The notes below the pieces were generated by a model. It saw nothing but the letters and a program-made list of their open reading frames with translations. It was not told where the DNA came from and ran no database searches. From Candidatus Poseidoniaceae archaeon (GTDB taxonomy: Archaea; Thermoplasmatota; Poseidoniia; Poseidoniales; Poseidoniaceae), in contig CALSTM010000003.1 in NCBI GenBank assembly GCA_943789275.1, positions 630,001 through 662,000 on the forward strand: 32,000 bases of DNA, in the 5' to 3' direction. The translations under genes were made by a program, and so were the position numbers. Below are positions 15,650-23,682 of the stretch, piece by piece (the first letter of the stretch is position 1; each line of letters begins with the position of its first letter).

Positions 15650-17086
15650 TCAAAGTTTGACGTTGACGTTCTTCACCTTGGTGTAGAATCGCAATGCATC
15701 TTTGCTTTGCTCTATCCCGATGCCGGATTGTTTCCAACCGGTAAATGCAGTTTGTGGGAAGGTAATTGGGTACTCGTTAATGGAGACCATGCCGCTTTCC
15801 AAATCACGAGCCATCGAATGAGCACGGCTCAAGTTCTGCGTCCAGATGCCGTTGAGAAGGCCAAACGGTGAGTCGTTCGCAAGGGCGAGTGCTTCAGCAT
15901 CATCGCTGAATGAAGTGACGGAGAGAACTGGGCCAAACAATTCCTCATTGAACAGAAGATTGGAACTGTCAACACCGGTGATAACGGTTGCTTCCATGAA
16001 AGCGCCTTCACCTTCGATGATGTTTCCACCGCATACCACTTCTCCACCCATGGCGAGTCCTGCTTGTAATTTTTCCATGACTTCAGCACGGTGATTTTCG
16101 TGAACCAAACTGCCAATTCGTACGCCTTCAGACATACCAGGGCCGACTTTCCACTTGGCGACTTCAGCCACGACTGCTTCGACCAACTGGTCATGAACAT
16201 CTTCGTGAACAATGAGTCGAGAACCAGCCCAGCACATTTGTCCAGCGTTCATGAATATGCCAAAGCAGATGGCTTTAGCAGCGTAGCGAAGGTTGGCGTC
16301 AGCAAACACGAGGTTTGCTCCTTTTCCACCGAGTTCAAGAGTCACTGGAGTGAGGTTTTCACTGGCCTTGGCCATGACCGTTTGACCGGTTGGTACACCG
16401 CCCGTAAGGACGATTCCGTCCACACCCTTGTGGCCTGCTAAAGCGTCTCCAATCAGTCCACCGGAGCCGGTGATCACTTGGAGAACGCCGGTTGGAAGGC
16501 CGACTTCTGCTTCTTCCATGGCCTTGGCCCATGCCAAGAGTGACAGCGGAGTCCACGATGCGGGTTTGGCAATCACGGTGCATCCTGCTGCCAGTGCAGG
16601 TGCAATGGAACGGATGGCCAGTTGAAGTGGAAAGTTCCACGGAACGATGTGAACGGTAACGCCGAGCGGTTGTCGCAGGGTGTAGTTGAGACGGTTACCC
16701 GGAACAGGAATGGTACTGCCTTCGATTTTATCAGATAGACCTGCAAAGTATTCCAGTGTCCATGCACCGTAGCGAATTTCAGATAGGGCTTCACGGAACG
16801 TCTTACCGTTGTTGTTGGATTCTATGGCTGCCAGTTCCTTGGCTTTCGCATAGGTGGCTTGTGCCATTTTATTGAGGATTCGTCCACGCTGAGCAGGGTC
16901 CATTGCTTTCCATGATGGGTCTTCGAACGCTGCACGAGATGCGTCAACGCAACGGTTGACGTCGGCGAGAGTTGCTTTGGGTGTTGTCGCCATAACTTCG
17001 CCCGTAGCAGGGTTCAGAATATCGGCCGTCGTTCCATCTTCAGCATCACACCATACTCCAGCAATTGACATCTGTTCTGCGCTCAT
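15650..17086 (-). CDS. NAD(P)+-dependent aldehyde dehydrogenase
   Basis: ILNPATGEV, WNFPL, the ELGGKG glutamate motif and the catalytic Cys block FMNAGQMCWAGSRL. I chose start ATG 17086 (MSAEQMSIAGVW). The ORF-track start at 17152 is a TTG. Confidence 0.9.
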   Translation of the reverse strand: MSAEQMSIAGVWCDAEDGTTADILNPATGEVMATTPKATLADVNRCVDASRAAFEDPSWKAMDPAQRGRILNKMAQATYAKAKELAAIESNNNGKTFREALSEIRYGAWTLEYFAGLSDKIEGSTIPVPGNRLNYTLRQPLGVTVHIVPWNFPLQLAIRSIAPALAAGCTVIAKPASWTPLSLLAWAKAMEEAEVGLPTGVLQVITGSGGLIGDALAGHKGVDGIVLTGGVPTGQTVMAKASENLTPVTLELGGKGANLVFADANLRYAAKAICFGIFMNAGQMCWAGSRLIVHEDVHDQLVEAVVAEVAKWKVGPGMSEGVRIGSLVHENHRAEVMEKLQAGLAMGGEVVCGGNIIEGEGAFMEATVITGVDSSNLLFNEELFGPVLSVTSFSDDAEALALANDSPFGLLNGIWTQNLSRAHSMARDLESGMVSINEYPITFPQTAFTGWKQSGIGIEQSKDALRFYTKVKNVNVKL

Positions 17087-17204
17087 GAACTGCCCAAGTG
17101 CTGTCCCCTCAAAGGCATTCGCTTTGGCAAGACAAGCACAAAGGATGCTCAAGCAACGGTAAAGGGCGAAAAGACTCTTGAAGCAGATTCATTGTGCTTT
17201 GTCC

Positions 17205-17870
17205 ATGGCTCGAAATGTAAGTTTGGCTGATGCTGCTGCTCGAACCATTGCTGACCGAGCACCGAGATTGTTGGTTGTGGCAGGAGCAACCGGAACAGGG
17301 AAATCCACTGCCTCGGTTCAATTGGCGGCTGAGAACAACTTCGCACGGCTTCTTTCAACCGATGCAATACGAGAAATTATGCGTTCTTGCGATGAAGAGC
17401 GCAGCCAGTCAGCCCTCCACCGTTCATCCTTTTCACGTGGTGATTCAGGTGAGCCTGTCCTTGATTGGATGGAAACATGCAAAGCTGTGGAAACTGGAAT
17501 CATCGCTACGATTGATCGAGCTCGTCGTGAAGGCATCGACTTGATTATCGAAGGCGTACATATCAATCCAAGTGAACGCTTACTGCGCAGTTGGCGCGAG
17601 GCCGGTGGAATTGCAATTGGCCTTGTTATGGCCGTCGGTGAGGAAGACCGTCATCGTTCGATGATTCGTTCCCGAGAAGCCCATTCGTTTCGACGTGCAG
17701 ACCGTTACTTGGCAGCCTTCCCTCGAATTCGCGCCATACAAGACGGGTTAATCGAGCGAGCTAAAATTGCATCTTGGCCAATCGTTGATTTATCCCGCGT
17801 CAGTAAAGATACTGAACGCATCAAGCACCTCATGGACCTTGCTTGGAACGAACACACGCAGCGTCGTTAG
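17205..17870 (+). CDS. 2-phosphoglycerate-kinase-like P-loop kinase
   Basis: LLVVAGATGTGKSTASVQLA, STDAIREIMR and DLIIEGVHINP match the archaeal 2PGK family pattern (GxxGxGKST ... TD.IRE.MR ... IIEGVH). There is no ATP-cone domain. I chose ATG 17205; the track start at 17178 is a TTG. Confidence 0.65.
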   Translation: MARNVSLADAAARTIADRAPRLLVVAGATGTGKSTASVQLAAENNFARLLSTDAIREIMRSCDEERSQSALHRSSFSRGDSGEPVLDWMETCKAVETGIIATIDRARREGIDLIIEGVHINPSERLLRSWREAGGIAIGLVMAVGEEDRHRSMIRSREAHSFRRADRYLAAFPRIRAIQDGLIERAKIASWPIVDLSRVSKDTERIKHLMDLAWNEHTQRR

Positions 17871-18316
17871 GCGTGCGTGATGTCAAACGCCAACTGTACA
17901 GTCATCATTACTGAACCGTCAGATATGCCGAGTTCCGCTTCAAAGTGAAGTGTGCTCGCTGAAGTTTCGTTGACCTGCATTCCGATGAGTTTGATTTCAA
18001 TACCCCTCAACTCGCCATGATAGAGCATGTCGTTGTGGACGCTTTGGAATGCCGTTTCTCCGGCTTCAAGCGGTTCCAGACCACCGTCAATCCACAACTG
18101 TGTTCGTGCTTCAGTAAGTTCCGGAACGGCATCGGCCACTTCCAGCGAGGTCACCAGCACTCCGTCGGAAGCCGTGTCATGGGGCATGGTAAGCCCAGCA
18201 ACTTTGACGCCAAAGATGGCCATCGACAGCAGCGACATCAGCAAGACCACACCGGTTGCCAGCAGCATTTGTGCAGCATCTCTGTCTTCTGTTGAGCGAT
18301 CATGGAGCGTGCGCAT
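17867..18316 (-). CDS. Pilin-like protein candidate (class III signal-peptide-like N-terminus)
   Basis: MRTLHDRSTEDRDAAQMLLATGVVLLMSLLSMAIFGV has a charged head followed by a hydrophobic helix of about 22 aa. GGAGGTG lies 9 nt upstream. The start shares one base with the upstream stop (TGATG). It is the last gene of the filament operon. Confidence 0.5.
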   Translation of the reverse strand: MRTLHDRSTEDRDAAQMLLATGVVLLMSLLSMAIFGVKVAGLTMPHDTASDGVLVTSLEVADAVPELTEARTQLWIDGGLEPLEAGETAFQSVHNDMLYHGELRGIEIKLIGMQVNETSASTLHFEAELGISDGSVMMTVQLAFDITHA

Positions 18317-18756
18317 CAGGCACCACCTCCACGGTTCCAGACGTCAAGCGTAACCGTCCATGCGTGTTCATCGATGGACAGCAAGTGGTGAACAGTTACC
18401 GTTTCACCGGCGGGTGTCCCCGTATTCCCGTACGGAGCAGAAGTGCCGCTGTTCTGTGCTAACCAGCAGTTGGATTCTTTTCCTGCGACGATGTAATCCT
18501 GGAGCAGTTGGCACGCTTCGTCCAATTCTCCGTTTTCGAGTAATTCACTCAAGCGATTCTCACCCGAGATTTCTGCTTCAAGTCCAATACCGTATCGAAA
18601 GGCATCATCTCCAGCGATTTCCAGCGCTGCATCATGAGCGACCGAGGGTGCATCCGGCACTTGAATTCGAATCAAGAAGGTTGCCGACATGAAAAACAGC
18701 CAAAACAGCGTCAACATCTCGAGGATGTGGATTTGCGCTTCTTCGTTTTGACGCAT
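18316..18756 (-). CDS. Pilin-like protein candidate (class III signal-peptide-like N-terminus)
   Basis: From ATG 18756: MRQNEEAQIHILEMLTLFWLFFMSATFLIRIQVP.... The polar head, a Q, then a hydrophobic helix resemble the ..RGQAHTLE.. N-termini I recall from haloarchaeal pil-locus proteins. GGGTGA lies upstream. The track start TTG 18762 is possible. Confidence 0.5.
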   Translation of the reverse strand: MRQNEEAQIHILEMLTLFWLFFMSATFLIRIQVPDAPSVAHDAALEIAGDDAFRYGIGLEAEISGENRLSELLENGELDEACQLLQDYIVAGKESNCWLAQNSGTSAPYGNTGTPAGETVTVHHLLSIDEHAWTVTLDVWNRGGGA

Positions 18757-18762
18757 TCTCAA

Positions 18763-20352
18763 TCACCCGAAGAACAGCGGCGAAGGAACGAACGTACCCG
18801 TAGACGGATTGAGACCTGGCACTTCGGTGATACCGATAAGGTTCGGTGTGAACGCTAAGAAGTTGAACACGACAATGGACACGAGAATCATCATTCCCGA
18901 GTGCTTGAATCCAGTTGAGAATCGACCGGTTGACATGAGGCCCGCCATTGTACCGTTACCGACCGCCTGCATGGTGACACCGTAATAGAACACCGTCAGG
19001 AAAAACAACGGGTCAATGTTACGAATCGTCATGTTACCGATGGTTTGACCTCCACTGTCACCACCGTCTTCACCGCTGGAGTTCGAACCGGCAATGGCAG
19101 GAATAAAGACCACAGCAAGTGTAACAATAACCCCGAGGAAAACGAAGTATGATGTCCAAATAACCGCAATATACGAACCGATTGCACGCTTTCGTTCTCC
19201 TTCTAAGAACTTCAATTCTCGAGAGTCGTTTGCCGCAGTGACAAGGATATCCGAAATCTTACCACCTGCGCGGTCTGCTTCAGCAATAAGAGCAATCGCA
19301 CGTTGAACCAGAGGCGTTCCTACACGGTCAGCAAATTGTTTGATGACATCACTGAACTTGATACCCCAACTGAGTTGGTCGGACATTTTCTTGACTTCGT
19401 CATTTAACGCTCCGTATTCGGAGGTCGCCAGCGTTTGAATTGCAACGGTCATCGAAAGACCACCCTTCCAGTATTCTGCCAAGTCACGAAGGAAATCGGG
19501 GAACTTTTCTTCGACTTCGTTCTTTGCGTTCTCGACCCGTTCCCAGTAGTAGGACGCAGGATACAAGAGGAAAAAGAACGTCATCCCGAAGAAGTTGAGG
19601 AAAATGAACGGCCGTATGGATTTGGGCCCGAGATTGACTTCAGGGCCAAGCCAGTACGATTTGTTGTTCATGTTCGATGGAATGCCATCGTAGTAGTGGA
19701 CAGTGACATCAAACGTCATTTCTGATATTCGCTTCCCTTCTTCTTGGGAAAAGGCAACAAGTTCGTATCGTTTTTCCGCAGGAATATGATCAAGGGTGAT
19801 GCCACAACCGTCGTTATCGGGATTGTTATCGGTATCTGTAGTGCCTTGGTGGGTTGCAAGGACTTCACCGCTTTGGGAGCGAATAGCGATGATGTAGTCG
19901 GTTGGTGTATCTGCATCAACGCTGCAATTGAGCCAAAGAGGCTGGAGTACGACGATACCGGCAATCTGGTCCGAGTTTACGCCAGGGACGTCGAAGTTCT
20001 TGCCTTGTTTGGAAAATGTTCTCCATTCTTCGTTTGCCCATACCACACGGTCAGGTTCATCCTGAAGAATCGAACACGATTGATTTGCGGAGTAATCCGG
20101 TTTAATGTTCGTGTTGAACTTATCTCCCATTGAATTGCCTTGAGAATCTTCAGCGGTCATACCACAGTACAGGTTGGTGAACATTGGCTCACCGTTTGCA
20201 GTTGGAATGAATCCCGAATTGGTGGCCCAAACAGCTCCAGTGACCAAGCCTAAGAAGATGGAAACGAAAAGAATGGCATACAGTTTTGTGAGGGTGGAGT
20301 CGTCCTTCGGTAGGTCAAGTTTGACGATAATTTTATTCTTCTTTTTTGCCAA
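18763..20352 (-). CDS. Type IV filament platform protein (single T2SS-F/TadC/FlaJ-like domain) with N-terminal signal anchor and ~205-aa extracytoplasmic domain
   Basis: The C-terminal half (FPDFLRDLAEYWKGGLSMTVAIQTLA...VQRAIALIAEADRAGGKISDILVTAANDSRE...) is a T2SS-F domain followed by TM helices. Three starts are possible. TTG 20352 has a strong GGAGGTGA 4 nt upstream and is the one I chose. GTG 20370 gives a GTGA overlap with the upstream stop. TTG 20397 is the ORF-track start and gives a 31-nt overlap. Confidence 0.75.
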   Translation of the reverse strand: MAKKKNKIIVKLDLPKDDSTLTKLYAILFVSIFLGLVTGAVWATNSGFIPTANGEPMFTNLYCGMTAEDSQGNSMGDKFNTNIKPDYSANQSCSILQDEPDRVVWANEEWRTFSKQGKNFDVPGVNSDQIAGIVVLQPLWLNCSVDADTPTDYIIAIRSQSGEVLATHQGTTDTDNNPDNDGCGITLDHIPAEKRYELVAFSQEEGKRISEMTFDVTVHYYDGIPSNMNNKSYWLGPEVNLGPKSIRPFIFLNFFGMTFFFLLYPASYYWERVENAKNEVEEKFPDFLRDLAEYWKGGLSMTVAIQTLATSEYGALNDEVKKMSDQLSWGIKFSDVIKQFADRVGTPLVQRAIALIAEADRAGGKISDILVTAANDSRELKFLEGERKRAIGSYIAVIWTSYFVFLGVIVTLAVVFIPAIAGSNSSGEDGGDSGGQTIGNMTIRNIDPLFFLTVFYYGVTMQAVGNGTMAGLMSTGRFSTGFKHSGMMILVSIVVFNFLAFTPNLIGITEVPGLNPSTGTFVPSPLFFG

Positions 20353-20366
20353 CTTCTCACCTCCTC

Positions 20367-21386
20367 TCACATTTCTTGTTCTTTGCTGCTTGTCCAAACC
20401 AATATGGCGTAAGCAATGTGAATCATTGGTACAAACCCGAGGACAATACCATAGAGCATACCTTCAGACATTTGAGCACCGCTACCGGAGACCCAGAACA
20501 TGATGACCAGCATGACAATCAGGAACAGCGGCATAGCCACAGCGACGACAATGTACGATTCTGCCAGAAGCGCAATCGATTCAAGGAACATCTGAAGGCG
20601 TGTTCGGTTTTCACGCATGTAGTGCTCTGCACGGTTAAGGAAATACAATTTCAGTTGACCACCAGCAGTCAATGTACCAACCATGCCTTGGAAGAACTCC
20701 GTTAACCAAACGGATGCGGCTCGATCGACGCTCATTTTCATGGCCGTGATGAGGTCATAGCCAAGCAAGGTAACATCTCTGTACACCATGGCAGCGTCGT
20801 CTGCGACGTCACCGTAGATGTCTTTGTTCATGGCAAGAGAGCGGAAAATCTTGGAAGGTGTTGCGTTTGCCGCAGACATTGCAGCGGTATAGGATGCAGC
20901 GTAAGGAAGGTACTTCTCAATCATAGCACCTCGTCGTGCAGCCTCTCGGGCTGCTCCACCCTTGTTGTACTTGAAAGCGCCATAGGGAATAATCAATCCA
21001 CCAAGAGCAATGATGAGTGTTTTGAGGATTGGTGGGAAGACTTGGTATGCAAATCCATCGCAACCGTTTCCTGGTTTGTTCGGGTCAACCAAATCTTGAT
21101 TCCAGTACTCCCACTCGAAACAGTAGTCGATGGTCGCAGGGTCTTGGATGCTCTCCCAATAGGCAATGACGCCGATATCTGGGATGAAAAACAGCGAGAC
21201 GAACCCCCATGAAACCAGCGTAATGGCAATGGTTGTCATGATTGCAGTAGCAAGATAGACTTCTGGCATAATCGGCATAGCGCCTTTGACCAGGCTCTTT
21301 GCGAGCTCTTTGTCGCCACGAGCACGCTTACGCAAGAATCGACCGAGAAAACGGTTGCAAATCCTTTGCCACGTGGTTAAGTCCAT
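20367..21386 (-). CDS. Type IV filament platform protein (single T2SS-F/TadB/FlaJ-like domain)
   Basis: 339-aa polytopic protein with T2SS-F-like core EKYLPYAASYTAAMSAANATPSKIFRSLA...GYDLITAMKMSVDRAASVWLTEFFQGMVGTLTAGGQL. The SD GGAGTGA lies 5-6 nt upstream of ATG 21386. Confidence 0.75.
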   Translation of the reverse strand: MDLTTWQRICNRFLGRFLRKRARGDKELAKSLVKGAMPIMPEVYLATAIMTTIAITLVSWGFVSLFFIPDIGVIAYWESIQDPATIDYCFEWEYWNQDLVDPNKPGNGCDGFAYQVFPPILKTLIIALGGLIIPYGAFKYNKGGAAREAARRGAMIEKYLPYAASYTAAMSAANATPSKIFRSLAMNKDIYGDVADDAAMVYRDVTLLGYDLITAMKMSVDRAASVWLTEFFQGMVGTLTAGGQLKLYFLNRAEHYMRENRTRLQMFLESIALLAESYIVVAVAMPLFLIVMLVIMFWVSGSGAQMSEGMLYGIVLGFVPMIHIAYAILVWTSSKEQEM

Positions 21387-21405
21387 CGAATCACTCCACT
21401 TTTGT

Positions 21406-22932
21406 TCAACGAAGGCCGTCGACCCGCTCTAAGATTTCAGTTGGCCGGACATAATACTCGGTGACGATTTGCGACACTTGGTCTGCCTTACGAATATCGT
21501 TCAAAACCATCCATTCAAGGATACGCTTTCGAGTACGCAATTCTCGTCGCATATCATCTTGTGAATAATTGAGTTTCACCATGATTTTCTCAAGAACATA
21601 GGATTTACCGCTAAAGATGAAATCATCACTGGTGACGTCCCAACGGAACACTTCGTTGGTGATGATTTCCAGAGAGTTCGGGTCGATACCGACAATCTCA
21701 ACCAGTTGCTTCGTACGTCGAACACGCTTTCCATTGATACGGGTTTGAATCTGAATGCAACACGCTTCCAAAGCAGGCAGAAGAACACGCGGGATGTCAA
21801 TCGGTTTGTTCTCTAACCGGTGGACAAGGGACGGTACGGAGTCGGCGTGGACCGTTGAATATGCGCAGTGACCCGTCGCCATGGCTTGGAACAGAACGTA
21901 GGCTTCAGCACCACGAATCTCCCCGACAATGATGTATTCTGGCCGCTCACGAAGAGCCGCTTTGAGCAACTCGAACTCCCCAATGACACCGTCGGTCGAT
22001 TCTCCACCGAAACCTTGCCGAGTAAGACCTGGCACCCAGTTTGGTTGAGGGATATTGACTTCACGGGTTGATTCGATTGAGACGATTTTCATTTGCCAAG
22101 GAATGAAAATACACATGGCGTTGAGCGTCGTTGTCTTCCCGGAAGCAGTACCGCCGACAAACAGCATTGGAACTTCATTTTGGAATCCGATCCAAAGATA
22201 AGCGACCATTAACGACGACATGGTTCTGAACGCCACGATATCAGCAGGTGAGAACGGGTCGTCTTTGAATCGTCGAATACAGAAGGCTGAACCACGGGTT
22301 GAGATTTCGTGCCCAAGTTTCATGACAATTCGAGAACCATCCATCAGCGTAGCATCCAGCAATGGGTCGGCAACTGAAATGTGCTTGCCACAACGTTGGG
22401 CGAGTTTGATAACATAGGATTCCAATTCGTGGTCTGTGTTCCAAACGCAGGTTGTTTCAACCGATTCGAATTTCCGATGGTAGGCAAAGATCGGAACTCC
22501 AGTGCCGTCCATAGAAATATCTTCGACGTTAATGTCATTCATGAGGACATCCATTTGCCCGTAACCAATCAGGTCTCGGCGCAAATAATAGAAAATCTTG
22601 GATTTCGACTTTTTATTTATTTTCATGCTATAGGCTTTGATGACTTTATCCATAGCCGTTCGAATGTAGGCTTCCGGATTTGCATCGATTTCTTCGATGT
22701 TGGCCGTAAGGGAGCGAATGAAGATGTCGAGGATTTCATCTCGGTATTCTTGTTCTCTTTTGGTCATCGGTGGCTCGATGATTTGGTAGATGATGTTGAG
22801 CGTTTGCTTGTCACGAACGATGCGCGCAAAGGCGTGCGGTGGCATGACTGGGTACTTGTCGAGCTCGTCGTATTGGGCGCGTTGTTTGGCTCGCTGACGC
22901 TTGCCACCACCTTTGTTTTGTTTTCTTGCCAT
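21406..22932 (-). CDS. Archaeal type IV filament/secretion ATPase (FlaI/PilB/TadA, VirB11-like superfamily)
   Basis: Walker A VGGTASGKTTTLNA, Walker B/Asp box RPEYIIVGEIRGAEA, His box ATGHCAYSTVHADS, and an N-terminal Y.IIEPP.. domain typical of FlaI-type ATPases. Length is 508 aa. Confidence 0.9.
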   Translation of the reverse strand: MARKQNKGGGKRQRAKQRAQYDELDKYPVMPPHAFARIVRDKQTLNIIYQIIEPPMTKREQEYRDEILDIFIRSLTANIEEIDANPEAYIRTAMDKVIKAYSMKINKKSKSKIFYYLRRDLIGYGQMDVLMNDINVEDISMDGTGVPIFAYHRKFESVETTCVWNTDHELESYVIKLAQRCGKHISVADPLLDATLMDGSRIVMKLGHEISTRGSAFCIRRFKDDPFSPADIVAFRTMSSLMVAYLWIGFQNEVPMLFVGGTASGKTTTLNAMCIFIPWQMKIVSIESTREVNIPQPNWVPGLTRQGFGGESTDGVIGEFELLKAALRERPEYIIVGEIRGAEAYVLFQAMATGHCAYSTVHADSVPSLVHRLENKPIDIPRVLLPALEACCIQIQTRINGKRVRRTKQLVEIVGIDPNSLEIITNEVFRWDVTSDDFIFSGKSYVLEKIMVKLNYSQDDMRRELRTRKRILEWMVLNDIRKADQVSQIVTEYYVRPTEILERVDGLR

Positions 22933-23062
22933 ACGCGCACCCTCTGCCGAAGCATTTTGTCACACGCTATGGCCGACTATAACTCTTGGGTGAAAACAAC
23001 CCCAAAAACCGTTACCTGCGAGCAGAATATTTTCTCCACAATCTCCGTTTTGACGGCAGAGT

Positions 23063-23647
23063 TTATTCCTCGTTTTCAAACGCAGAAAGCCACTGTTCAC
23101 AGGCGGCTTGAAACTGGTCGAGTTCAACGTTGTTATCAATCAAATAATTTGATTCAGCAATGATTTGTTCAAGGCCCCATCCACGCTCTCGTGCATCACG
23201 AATCTCAAACGATTCTCGGTCACCGTCTTCCGAACGACCTCGGTTCTGAATCCGAGTAAATCGTGTATCGGGTGAAGCATCAACAGCCAAGGAAGAGAAG
23301 TTATTCCCCCAGCGTTGTTCAAAAACGATGCGTTCGGCCGTTCCTCGCATGCCCTCGATAAGGACAATTGAGTGGTTCTTCAAGTGTGCATCAACAGCGT
23401 CTGCCAGTCGCACTGCGAGTACATCTTCACCGTGTTCGGCACGTAACTGTGCTGCGATTTCACCAAAAATTCCTGGAGATTCTTCCAATTCTAACCGTCG
23501 AACTTCAGCACGAACCATGTCACCCATCGACAACACTGGGATGCCGTGTGAATGCAGTACATTGGCGAACTCACCTTTGCCTGAGCCCGGCATACCGCAC
23601 ACTGCAACGACTCGGGCCATGCTTGAACGGCGCAGCCGAATGCTCAT
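23063..23647 (-). CDS. UPF0200-family archaeal P-loop nucleotide kinase-like protein
   Basis: VAVCGMPGSGKGEF, IPVLSMGDMVRAE, LIEGMRG, RIQNRGRSEDGD and RDARERGWGLEQIIAESNYLIDNN fit the UPF0200 / dephospho-CoA-kinase-like pattern. ATG 23647 has AGGAGGT 6 nt upstream. Confidence 0.75.
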   Translation of the reverse strand: MSIRLRRSSMARVVAVCGMPGSGKGEFANVLHSHGIPVLSMGDMVRAEVRRLELEESPGIFGEIAAQLRAEHGEDVLAVRLADAVDAHLKNHSIVLIEGMRGTAERIVFEQRWGNNFSSLAVDASPDTRFTRIQNRGRSEDGDRESFEIRDARERGWGLEQIIAESNYLIDNNVELDQFQAACEQWLSAFENEE

Positions 23648-23682
23648 CAAGATACCTCCTTTCAGTAGCCAAAGTTTGCGTT

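Noticed and set aside
22381-23163. 260-aa plus-strand ORF
   Set aside because: It is antisense to the strongly supported FlaI/PilB-type ATPase gene, has no motifs and spans an intergenic gap. I treat it as a shadow ORF.
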